From: the human T2T-CHM13v2.0 reference genome, Homo sapiens
DNA length: 64,000 bases
Direction: 5' to 3' (one strand)
Assembly: GCF_009914755.1 (NCBI RefSeq)
Contig: NC_060927.1
The notes below the pieces were generated by a model, which searched no databases, was not told the DNA's origin, and worked only from the letters and a program-made list of their open reading frames with translations. Numbering within the stretch: the stretch's first letter is position 1; each line of letters opens with the position of its first letter. A program made the translations under genes and the position numbers. Below, piece after piece: positions 44,306-56,720 of the stretch.

Positions 44306-47300
44306 TGGTTTGAATACTTACTACAACTAAACATATTTCCAAAGGTATTTGCTAAAGTTAATAGAAACTTCAGAACTCCTACCTGCAAACTCATTTCACA
44401 GGCAACAAAACACACCAAAGACGAATGGAGACTAACTTTTCCAAGTCACCCGATGACCTTGGGTCAAATTCAGAATCCAGGCCTCCTGGCTTTTTCCTGA
44501 CTTTATTTTTCTTTCCAGGTATTTATTCTGACTTCATTGTGTAGTGTCTATGGAAAACCAAAGCTATAGAGTGATTTTTTTAAAAAGACTAAATTTAAAC
44601 ACCATCATATGTGCAATTCCTGTTGCCGTGTTGCCCCTGGGTGTCATTCTGTGTTGCATCTGAACCATCAGAGAAGCAGAGAGAACCTATGACCAAGCTG
44701 CAGGATCCCTTAAGGCTGCTAGTCTTTGAAAACCTATTTATGGCAAGAATTTCTTAAGGGCCAAACAATGTGCCAGGAGCACTCTTTAGAGAAAGCAGAC
44801 GCTGACATCAGTGTCCTCAAGAACTTCCATTCCCACAGAGCACTAAGCAACTAGGATGGATTGAGATATGCAGAGATCAACCACTGACGACTGTGGTGTG
44901 CATAGACTTCTCACGGCTGACCTTGTCGTGGCCGGGAACGGCAGCCCAGCACAGACGCAGAATATTCCCTTTTGCTACTTTCCTGCACCCATCGAGTTGA
45001 TTTTTCCATCTCCTCCCCGGCCCTGCACAGAGCATTTTCCCCTTCCCCTTCCCTGCCTCACCACCCCTGAACCAGCTTCTGACCTTGCACCCCTCCCTAC
45101 ATTCAAAGCACAATTGACGCACCCCTCCCGGGCCCTGGCCCAATGACCCTCATTCTTCTCTCCCTTTGGACGCTTCCTTTTCCTGTCCCTCCCAGTCTAA
45201 TAATCTGCTCCTATTCCACCAGGTCCCCTAGGCTACGCCCCACCTAACATAGGGCAGGGCCTGGGCTGGCTCCAGTGTCTCAGTTGTGGCTTCAAAGGGT
45301 TTGGGCCTAACACCCTGGGCGCCTGCAGCACCAGAATCCTGGGATCAGATCACCAGCGCTACTCATGATCGCTTCACCCCATCCCCAAGCACCCTATCCC
45401 CCCCATCCAAAGAAGCAGAACTCAGCATTTACAGCATTTACATTCATTTTCAGGCTTAAGTGTGGAGCTCCTAAGTCAAGCCTTCAAAGCAGTTCGACAC
45501 TTAACACTGACAGGAAATGTGAACATGTTAAAAAAAAAAAAAAAAAAAATTAAAAAAAAAAGCCCCATGATTTGGCTGAGGAACTATTCTTTGCAATGTT
45601 TCCAAGGATATACCAGAGTCTGAGCTTTAAGACAGACAAAATAATTTGAATGATTCTAATGGTTAGAACACCCTGATCATTTTGTACCTGCTTGGTCTTC
45701 TTGGATCTTTTGGTGTTAAAAAAAAAATAGTGACTTGAGTAACTCATTTTGTCCTTTTACCCTCTTCTCAGCGATGGGCAAATTAGTGATGATGGTAGAG
45801 TTATTACATGTAACTCTATACATGTTCTTATATGTAACTCATATATGTTAGCATATGTAAGACTTCAGCCATCAAATGGTAAAAATCATGTCATGAACTA
45901 TTGACATACAAGGACCCTGAAGAAAACACAGCAAGTCAGCCTGAACTACCCCCAACCACTTTAGGCATTGTTTTTAAAACTATAAAATCAGACTGTAGGT
46001 GCCAGACTTTTGCTGTGTCCCTTTGTCTCTAAATGTATAAACACTCTACGTGTCTATCAGAACAGAGCAAGGGTTTCATGTGTGTTCCTGAAATGCACGT
46101 GCAATTGATCAGGGAAACAACTTTACGGGTTCAACCATGAGAAATAAAAACATGCAAAGGCTTCCAATACATTCAGTATCTGACATCACACATCAGAGAG
46201 AGGGCAGGCAGGGGAGACTTTGAATAATCTCAGATTGTGCAAGGGGGAAGGGTCTGTAAACTAAAATAAAAATCCACATTAAAAACGTGCATGCTATACA
46301 AACAGAATATAAAACAGGTTCACGGGGGCTCTATTTTCCTCCCTGGTGAGATAAGTTCTCCCCAGCTTGCAATGTATTCTGGAACCCTGCTAGCCTGTTT
46401 TTCTGTTACTCGGGAGAGCAGCTCCAAGCCCATCCAATCCCCCACGTGAGTTTTCTCTTCCCTGACTGGTTACCTGGATGAATGTGAATGCCCTGGTCGG
46501 CAGGCAAGCAAAGGCGTGTCTACACTTACCTGCATTGTCTGCCATCCCCTGATGGCACAGGGAAGCTTAGATCGCATCAGCCACAGATCCATGCCAAATG
46601 GAAACCCAAGCCCACGTTACAGCTTCCTGGCTGGCTTAAATTGCAATCGTTTATCTTCATATGCCTCAAGTTTTAGTTTCGAAAAATTATTTAAAGACCA
46701 AGCACCATAATGAATGTGTCTACTACACAAATGCTTTTAAAAACAGAAAAAGAGTTACAAAATATTTCTTAGGTAAAGCCCCAACAGGAGATGGGAAGAG
46801 ATCAAGATTCAAAGTCCTGACTTTTAAGGAGTTTACAGACCAACTTGAAGAAACAGGACAAATACATCTCCAAAGATAAGGAGCTCTGAAGAAGTATGTG
46901 TTACATGCCAAGTGAAAGATACAGAAAATAATGACGTTAGGCACTGGATCCTAGAGCCCCCCCGAAGACTTGTTCCCCCGCAGTCAGGATGACAGCTTCA
47001 GAAGACACCTCCTTCCCACTCCAGTCCTGGGAGTCCACCTGCAGGCTGCACCTCTTGCTGTCCCTCCCAAGTCCCTCTTGCTGCAAGCCCAAGTCCCAAC
47101 TTCCCTCAATACAGGAGTCCAGAAATGGGCTTCCAGGGTCCAGGAAGTACCTGAGGCCTTACGTTTTAAAAGTTTTATGCACATACATATTATGTACACT
47201 TGTGCAAATTAAAGAAATGTACACACAAAAACACTATATAGCCTTCCTGGGCACTCATGTATATGAAATAGTAAAACCAGAAGGTGGACACGGTGACCCT

Positions 47301-47312
47301 CATGAGGGGATG

Positions 47313-47314
<2 letters not shown>

Positions 47315-47348
<34 letters not shown>
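47315..47348. repeat. (GT)n microsatellite
   Basis: Read directly. Confidence 0.95.
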
Positions 47349-47350
<2 letters not shown>

Positions 47351-47957
47351 GGAAGGGGATGGAGGGAGGTGAGGAGTTAGACTTAAATGGTGTAGAGTAG
47401 AGTTCTTCTTACCACAGATGTTGTATTTATTAAAGGTAATAGAGTAGAGGTGAATATGGCCAAATGTCAACAGTTATTAATTCTGGGTAGTAAGAAGATG
47501 AACATTTGTACTATATACACACATGCCTGCACACACACAAATAGAGAGACTCAGAGATTTTTCAGCTTCACCAAGGAGTCCTGACCGCCAAACAGTTTAA
47601 AGCGCTTGGCTAACAGGCCCCCGTCACCTCCGTCTCTCTCGCCTTTGATCTTCTATAGCCAGGTATTAGATGGCCATTTCACAGCCCACTCTATTCAGCT
47701 TTACGGCATGTCGTCAGTTCTTAAACTGATAATTAACACATGAGTTTTCAGCTATGTCATTCTTTTTCTCATAAGAGCTTAAAGTAAGAGACTTCAAGAC
47801 AAAAGGGAAGGTGGACGTTGAGGATGAGGAGGAGAGGAAGGAGAAGGAGGGAAAGGGGACGGTAGAAAGGGATGGAAGGAAGAAGGGAAGGAAGGGAAGC
47901 AGGAAAGAAGGAAGGAAGAAGGGAGGAAGGAAGAGAGGGAGGGAGGGAGGGAGGGAA

Positions 47958-50900
47958 GAAGGGAGGGAGGGAGGGACGGAGGGAGGGAGGGAGGGACGGA
48001 GGGAGGGAGGGAGGGACGGAGGGAGGGAGGGAGGGACGGAGGGACGGAGGGAGGGAGGGAGGGACGGAGGGAGGGAGGAAGGGACGGAGGGAGGGAGGAA
48101 GGGACGGAGGGAGGGAGGAAGGGACGGAGGGAGGGAAGGAAGGGACGGAGGGAGGGAAGAAGGGACGGAGGGAGGGAAGAAGGGACGGAGGGAGGGAAGA
48201 AGGGACGGAGGGAGGGTAGAAGGGACGGAGGGAGGGAAGAAGGGACGGAGGGAGGGAAGAAGGGACGGAGGGAGGGAGGGAGGGACGGAGGGAGGGAGGA
48301 AGGGACGGAGGGAGGGAGGAAGGGACGGAGGGAGGGAGGGAAGGAGGGACGGAGGGAGGGAAGGAGGGACGGAGGGAGGGAGGAAGGGACGGAGGGAGGG
48401 AAGGAGGGACGGAGGGAGGGAAGGAGGGATGGAGGGAGGGAGGAAGGGACGGAGGGAGGGAGGAAGGGACGGAGGGAGGGAGGAAGGGACGGAGGGAGGG
48501 AGGAAGGGACGGAGGGAGGGAGGGAGGGACGGAGGGAGGGAGGGAGGGACGGAGGGAGGGAAGAAGGGACGGAGGGAGGGAAGGAGGGACGGAGGGAGGG
48601 AGGAAGGGACGGAGGGAGGGAAGAAGGGACGGAGGGAGGGAAGGAGGGACGGAGGGAGGGAGGAAGGGACGGAGGGAGGGAAGAAGGGACGGAGGGAGGG
48701 AAGGAGGGACGGAGGGAGGGAGGAAGGGACGGAGGGAGGGAAGAAGGGACGGAGGGAGGGAAGAAGGGACGGAGGGAGGGAAGGAGGGACGGAGGGAGGG
48801 AGGAAGGGACGGAGGGAGGGAGGAAGGGACGGAGGGAGGGAAGGAGGGAAGGAGGGAGGGAGGAAGGGACGGAGGGAGGGAGGAAGGGACGGAGGGAGGG
48901 AAGGAGGGACGGAGGGAGGGAGGGAGGGACGGAGGGAGGGAGGGAGGGACGGAGGGAGGGAAGAAGGGACGGAGGGAGGGAAGGAGGGACGGAGGGAGGG
49001 AAGGAGGGACGGAGGGAGGGAAGGAGGGAAGGAGGGAGGGAGGAAGGGACGGAGGGAGGGAGGAAGGGACGGAGGGAGGGAAGGAGGGAAGGAGGGAGGG
49101 AGGAAGGGACGGAGGGAGGGAGGAAGGGACGGAGGGAGGGAAGAAGGGACGGAGGGAGGGAAGGAGGGAAGGAGGGAGGGAGGAAGGGACGGAGGGAGGG
49201 AGGAAGGGACGGAGGGAGGGAAGGAGGGACGGAGGGAGGGAGGAAGGGACGGAGGGAGGGAAGGAGGGAAGGAGGGAGGGAGGAAGGGACGGAGGGAGGG
49301 AGGAAGGGACGGAGGGAGGGAAGAAGGGACGGAGGGAGGGAAGGAGGGACGGAGGGAGGGAGGAAGGGACGGAGGGAGGGAAGAAGGGACGGAGGGAGGG
49401 AAGGAGGGAAGGAGGGAGGGAGGAAGGGACGGAGGGAGGGAGGAAGGGACGGAGGGAGGGAAGGAGGGACGGAGGGAGGGAGGGAGGGACGGAGGGAGGG
49501 AGGGAGGGACGGAGGGAGGGAAGAAGGGACGGAGGGAGGGAAGGAGGGACGGAGGGAGGGAAGGAGGGACGGAGGGAGGGAAGGAGGGAAGGAGGGAGGG
49601 AGGAAGGGACGGAGGGAGGGAGGAAGGGACGGAGGGAGGGAAGAAGGGACGGAGGGAGGGAAGGAGGGACGGAGGGAGGGAGGAAGGGACGGAGGGAGGG
49701 AGGAAGGGACGGAGGGAGGGAAGGAGGGAAGGAGGGAGGGAGGAAGGGACGGAGGGAGGGAGGAAGGGACGGAGGGAGGGAAGGAGGGACGGAGGGAGGG
49801 AGGGAGGGACGGAGGGAGGGAGGGAGGGACGGAGGGAGGGAAGAAGGGACGGAGGGAGGGAAGGAGGGACGGAGGGAGGGAAGGAGGGACGGAGGGAGGG
49901 AAGGAGGGAAGGAGGGAGGGAGGAAGGGACGGAGGGAGGGAGGAAGGGACGGAGGGAGGGAAGAAGGGACGGAGGGAGGGAAGGAGGGACGGAGGGAGGG
50001 AGGAAGGGACGGAGGGAGGGAAGAAGGGACGGAGGGAGGGAAGGAGGGAAGGAGGGAGGGAGGAAGGGACGGAGGGAGGGAGGAAGGGACGGAGGGAGGG
50101 AAGGAGGGACGGAGGGAGGGAGGGAGGGACGGAGGGAGGGAGGGAGGGACGGAGGGAGGGAAGAAGGGACGGAGGGAGGGAAGGAGGGACGGAGGGAGGG
50201 AAGGAGGGACGGAGGGAGGGAAGGAGGGAAGGAGGGAGGGAGGAAGGGACGGAGGGAGGGAGGAAGGGACGGAGGGAGGGAGGAAGGGACGGAGGGAGGG
50301 AAGGAGGGAAGGAGGGAGGGAGGAAGGGACGGAGGGAGGGAAGAAGGGACGGAGGGAGGGAAGAAGGGACGGAGGGAGGGAGGGAGGGACGGAGGGAGGG
50401 AGGGAGGGACGGAGGGAGGGAGGGAGGGACGGAGGGAGGGAGGGAGGGACGGAGGGAGGGAGGGAGGGACGGAGGGAGGGAGGGAGGGACGGAGGGAGGG
50501 AAGAAGGGACGGAGGGAGGGAAGGAGGGACGGAGGGAGGGAGGAAGGGACGGAGGGAGGGAAGGAGGGAAGGAGGGAGGGAGGAAGGGACGGAGGGAGGG
50601 AGGAAGGGACGGAGGGAGGGAAGAAGGGACGGAGGGAGGGAAGGAGGGAAGGAGGGAGGGAGGAAGGGACGGAGGGAGGGAAGGAGGCACGGAGGGAGGG
50701 AAGGAGGGACGGAGGGAGGGAGGGAGGGACGGAGGGAGGGAGGAAGGGACGGAGGGAGGGAGGAAGGGACGGAGGGAGGGAGGGAGGGACGGAGGGAGGG
50801 AGGGAGGGACGGAGGGAGGGAAGGAGGGACGGAGGGAGGGAAGGAGGGACGGAGGGAGGGAGGAAGGGACGGAGGGAGGGAGGGAGGGAAGGAGAGACGG

Positions 50901-51238
50901 AGGGAGGGAGGAAGGGACGGAGGGAGGGAGGAAGGGACGGAGGGAGGGAAGGAGGGACGGAGGGAGGGAAGGAGGGACGGAGGGAGGGAGGAAGGGACGG
51001 AGGGAGGGAGGAAGGGACGGAGGGAGGGAGGGAGGGACGGAGGGAGGGAGGGAGGGACGGAGGGAGGGAGGAAGGGACGGAGGGAGGGAGGAAGGGACGG
51101 AGGGAGGGAGGAAGGGACGGAGGGAGGGAGGAAGGGACGGAGGGAGGGAGGAAGGGACGGAGGGAGGGAGGAAGGGACGGAGGGAGGGAGGAAGGGACGG
51201 AGGGAGGGAGGAAGGGACGGAGGGAGGGAGGAAGGGAC
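47958..51238 (+). repeat. 20-bp minisatellite (VNTR-type), consensus GGAGGGAGGG-A(G/A)G(A/G)-AGGGAC, about 165 copies, inside a purine tract of about 47800-51320
   Basis: Read unit by unit; five main variants and a 320-bp higher-order period. Confidence 0.98.
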
Positions 51239-52039
51239 GGAGGGAGGGAGGGAGGAAAAAAGGAGGGAAGGAGGGAAGGAGGGAGGGAGGATAGAAGGAA
51301 GAAAGGAAGAAAGGGGGGAGAATCTGTCTACATATATTAATACCCTGTTATGTCACAACTGAAAACCATTTCTGATTTTTCAGGGAATGTGGGTTTATAT
51401 ACCATGTAGGAATTTCTAATTATTCCTATTACATATTTCCCAAACTGTTCCTGGTATGGGCTCTTCAGGTCATCAAAAGGCATTGTCTCCCCGCAACAGC
51501 CCCTGCCACCTCCAAAGCAGTTTCATTTGGAAAACTTTACACATGTTCACAATCCCTCTGAGATCAACAAAGCACATTACTACGCTAAAACCTGAAAATC
51601 CTAAGATGCAGCCTGGTATAAGCCAGTGTTTTCCAACTTATTTTCACCATAGCATAGTTACTGCATGGAACAACTGTGCCGCCGAACTTGTGGTCTGAGG
51701 AGTGTGGGGAATGCTGGCCCTGGTGGTGATGAGACCTTCTGGATTTAACACTGCAGTCCACATTTCAAATACCCCATCTATCGTCCCTATAAACATGACT
51801 CACTCTCATAAAAATCAGAAATCCTAGTTTTAGAGTCATAAAATATGGTCCCTATTACAATTCCATGTATTTCCATAAAACCCTTAAGGAACTGACTCAC
51901 ATAGGCCCTTATAATACTAACAAGAAAAGAACAAAAAATTTCAAGGATTCACTAAGCCAACAGCACTGAACCGACTGTAGTCATAAACCAAGTCTGGAGC
52001 ACATCCTCCGAGAATGATGATGAGAATACACCAAAATAC

Positions 52040-52150
52040 CTGGAAACCAACTCCGACTTGGAGCCAGCCAGGCAAGTGGTGATCTGTAGGCAGGAATACT
52101 GCAAAATGTCTGCTATAATAATGTAATTTTGGCGTAACTTTGACATCTAT
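52040..52150 (-). other. Candidate cryptic 111-nt cassette exon
   Basis: Branch-like CTTAC, acceptor TTTTGTTTCCTGTGTTTTAG|, donor CAG|GTATTT; open in phase 0. Confidence 0.3.
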
Positions 52151-52421
52151 CTAAAACACAGGAAACAAAATGTAAGCCCCATGACCGATCAAAGCAACGC
52201 TGATCAACACAATTCCATTTTTTCACCTATCAAATTAGGGAATATTTTCACATATAATATCCCACATTATTTGGAGTTTAAGGAAATGGGCCATTACATA
52301 CAAAGCTGATTGAGAACAAACTTGGTATTACCATTCTGAAAAACAGAAAGCTGGCATTAACGTTTCTCAGTCTCTTTGATCCAACAATGTCACTTCTAAG
52401 AATGTATAAAAAGGAAAACAG

Positions 52422-52737
52422 AGCTGGGCATGATGGCTCATTCCTGTAATCCAAGCACTCTGGAAGGCAGGCAGATTGCTCGAGCCTAGGAGTTCGAGAC
52501 CAACCTGGGCAACATGATGAAAACCCGTCTCTATGAAAAACACAGAAATTGGCCAGGCTTGGTGGTGCACAACTGTTGTCCTAGTTACTTGAGAAATGAA
52601 GGTAGGAGGATCGCTTGAACCTGGGAAGTTGAGGCTGCAGTCAACCACGATCATACCACTGCACTCCAGCCTGAGTGACAGAATGAGACCCTGTCTCAAA
52701 AGCAAAACAAAACAAAACAAAACAAACAGAAAACAAA
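52422..52737 (+). mobile_element. AluJ with (CAAAA)n tail, preceded by an old L1M fragment (about 52200-52415)
   Basis: AluJ diagnostics; flank CCATTTTTCACCTATCAAATTAG...CTTTGATCCAACAAT is L1M-like. Confidence 0.9.
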
Positions 52738-54734
52738 TCATGAATACATACAGAGTTTGGAGGTACAAGAAGCCAACAGCCATTCTCCACTGGGCTCTCC
52801 TGACTCACCAGGAATGGCAGATGCACTGGACTGGGGCAGAGTGAGGGAGCAGAATGAGGTCCCATCACAGGAACACCCCAGGTCTCTCTGAGTGTTCCCC
52901 AAAGAAGAAGGTATCACAGACACTCAGCAATGGCTCCACCATCCTCTCTCTCCACCCAGCATAAAACGCAAGCCCAAAGGGTGGAGGAGCATGAACTTCC
53001 GAGTCTGTGATCATCATAATGCCTTTGGGAATAAAAAGAAACCCTGCTGGACAGGAATTAAGAGCCTGTTCCTCTGGCTGGGGCGTAAGAGACCCAAACC
53101 AAAAAAATGATCAGGTGAAAAACAAGCTGCCTCAAGAGGACAGGGCCCCACCCGCACTTGCAGACAAAAAGAAAAGCTTGGTTCCAGGAGGTGAAGAAAA
53201 GCTGTGTACACGAAATTGAGTCAAAGAGAGCCCACGGATCTGCTGATGGGAGGGGTAGAAAATTAACATGGATTGAAACAATAACAGTGACTTATTTCCA
53301 GAAGAAATGTATTTATGTGATTCTACCACTGGAATCTATCTCTACTAGTTATATGAAAGTAATGGGATAAAAGCAAACAAAATAATTGAACAATTTATTA
53401 CCTTCAGGAAAATGTAGGCATCTAACATGTTCAGTTACGCACAGGAATTACAGGAATGGAATAACATGTAGACTCTTTAAGAACACTGTGTCTGGTTTTG
53501 CTCAGCACTGAATTCTTGGCTCTTAAAATCTATTTCTGAATGAATGAATGAATGAATGTTGTCCCTTATTCTTCATTTTCTGGCAGCCTCGTTTAATATG
53601 AGCTACATCGGCCGGAAAGTACTGGTGTTTTTGGATTGCTTTCAAAAATGTGAAAACAGCAAGACTAATCCTATTTCCACTTCTTTATCCACCTTTAAGA
53701 GTAACCTGCTGTGGCATGAGTTCCTGTGCATTCCATTATCTCGGCTGACTCTCCATCCTCCTGGCCATCAGCAGAGGAAACTCTGGCTCACAAAAGGATT
53801 TAGCATCCTAGCACAGTAGGGATTTCGACTTACGGCCACCTTCTCCAGGCTCCCCTCCACTCACATAATTTTGGTCTCCAAACATTGAGACTGCCTCTCC
53901 CTTGGGTCTTTTGGACCTCATTTATACCCCCCAGCAGTTGATGGCCAAGATCTAGTCCTCATCACAAGGCTTGGTAGGCCCATTCTGCAAATAGAATTAT
54001 ATAGATTTAGGGAGGTTTCAGTCTAATTTGGAGAAAAAAAAAAAAAACCAGTCTCCATAGATACAAGCTTTTCAACATATTGCTTTTTTGCTCTCCTGTT
54101 TTCTTACACTGAGAATGTCAATGCAGAACCGGAATATAAAGTAAATTACACAGGCTGGAGGACTGAGCATCCCACCCAGCCCTCCCCAACCCCACTGGTG
54201 GAGACCACAGGGCAGAGTGGATGGTAGCAGGGACAGGAGCTCTTCGGAGGCAAGGAACAGAGCCTTAAGGTTGGAGCTACAACCCGCTCTCCAAGGCTCT
54301 ATAGGAAGGAAGACACCAGCTCGCTGCTCTCACAACTCATCTTCCTCTCCACTGTTTCATTAAATTGCACAAGGATGGGACTGCCTATGCAGGTGGCAGA
54401 CAGGCAGTGAGGGTGCCAGGCCTTGCCACAGATGCAGAGCTCGGGCAGACTTCAGGCTACAAGCAGCACAGGTCCTGATGACAAAGTGGTCAAGGTGTGA
54501 TTATGGCTGCACGAGAGCTGCTCAGAACCCTGGGACCATGCATGCAAACGATTGCCTTTTCCTGGTTCCTGAAAACCTTTCTGTGTGTCCATGTGCATAG
54601 GGTGGGAATGGGAGAAAGAATCAAAGGTAGCAGTGATGTAATGAAAACCTTCAAGAAAGGGTGGGGAGGGGTCTGAAGGGCAGTGCATTCTATTTCTTTC
54701 AGCTAAGAAAAGGTAAGAAAACTTAGAAGAAGGA

Positions 54735-55565
54735 AAAATAGAATTACCACATGATCCAGCATTTCCACTACTGGGAATATTCCCTAGAGAACTGAAAGAA
54801 GAAACTTAAGAAATACTTGTACACCCATGTTCATGGCACTATTATTCACAATACTTAAACGGTGGTGGCAATCCAAGTGTCCAGCAAAGGATGGATAAAC
54901 AAAATGTACACACATTCAACAGAATATTATTCAGCCTTTAAAAGGGAGAAGGGGCCAGGCGCAGCAGCTCAAGCCTGTAATCCCAGAACTTTGGGAGGCC
55001 GAGGTAGGCAGGTCATTTCAGGTCAGGAGTTTGAGACCAGCCTGGCCAACAAGGCAAAACCCCATCCCTAGTAAAAATACAAAAAAATTAGCTGAGTGTG
55101 GTGGTGCACGCCTGTAATCCCAGCTACTTGGGAGGCTGAGGCAGGAGAATTGCCTGAACCCAGGAGATGGGGGTTTCATTGATCGGAGATTGCACCATTG
55201 CACACTCCAGCCTGGGCGAGAGAGTGAGACTCTGTCTCAGGAAAAAAAAAAAAAAAAGGAGGAAGTTCTGAATCCTGCTGTAACAGGCACGTACCTTGAG
55301 GACATTATGCTAAGTGAAATAAGCCAGTCACAAAAAGACAAATACTATATGATTCCATTTATATGAGGTATCTAGAGTTGTCAAATTCATAGACAAAGTA
55401 GAATGCTGGTTGCCAGGGGAGGAGGGAGTTTCAGTTATGCAAGATGAGAAAGTTCTGGAGACTGGTTGCACAACAATATGAATATACTTAACACAACTAA
55501 ACCTTACACTTCAAAACATTTAAGATGATAAATTCTGTTATGTGTATTTTACCACAATTAAAAAT
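54735..55565 (+). mobile_element. L1MB-type 3' end, split by an AluS at 54953-55257
   Basis: ATAGAATTACCACATGATCCAGCA...CTTGAGGACATTATGCTAAGTGAAATAAGCCAGTCACAAAAAGACAAATAC...TTTTACCACAATTAAAA; Alu TSD-like AAAAGG(G)AG(G)AAG. Confidence 0.9.
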
Positions 55566-55573
55566 AACAAACA

Positions 55574-56286
<713 letters not shown>

Positions 56287-56509
56287 TTAGGAATTCTCTT
56301 TTTCTGTCAGCTATGATAGTACTTCAGGTTTTTTAAAGGTAACTGCATTCCCTATTGCAAACAGGATAATATAAAACTTTTTTCAGCTGCCTCTTGTGAA
56401 ATTTTGTTCCATATTTTAGATTAGAGACCTAGCTTAGCAGTGCCTTTAGTAAGGGTAAATAACTTTGCAAATCATGGCACAACTCCCTAGGTGGGACTGT
56501 ACTATGGAT

Positions 56510-56720
56510 CAGTCATTCTCATGGAAGTAGAAGGTAGCTTTAACCCCTACGGGACATACATGTGGAAATGTCTGGAGACAGTCTTGGTTGTCACTGTCAT
56601 GGGCAGGAATGAATGGCAGAGGCAAGGATGCTGCTACACATCCCACCGTGCACAGCACAGACCCCACAACAAAGAACTTTCTGGCCCCAAATGTCAACAG
56701 CGCTGAAGTTAGCAGCTCTG
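56510..56720 (+). mobile_element. MER20 DNA transposon
   Basis: AATGTCTGGAGACA...GGTTGTCAC...GGATGCTGCTA...CCCCACAACAAAGAA...GGCCCCAAATGTCAA. Confidence 0.85.

Noticed and set aside
46524-46532. Perfect minus-strand donor CAG|GTAAGT
   Set aside because: No convincing acceptor at normal exon distance; isolated consensus donors are common in long introns.
47958-51238. CRISPR-like array, known disease repeat (RFC1 AAGGG) or PRDM9 motif array
   Set aside because: There are no unique spacers and the context is eukaryotic. The unit is a 20-mer outside any Alu tail. The units I checked fail the CCNCCNTNNCCNC pattern.
47769-51362. 1183-aa (+) and 973-aa (-) ORFs as genuine genes
   Set aside because: They span the minisatellite, which has almost no T on plus or A on minus and so cannot easily form stops. 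Both use non-ATG starts and have no domain content.
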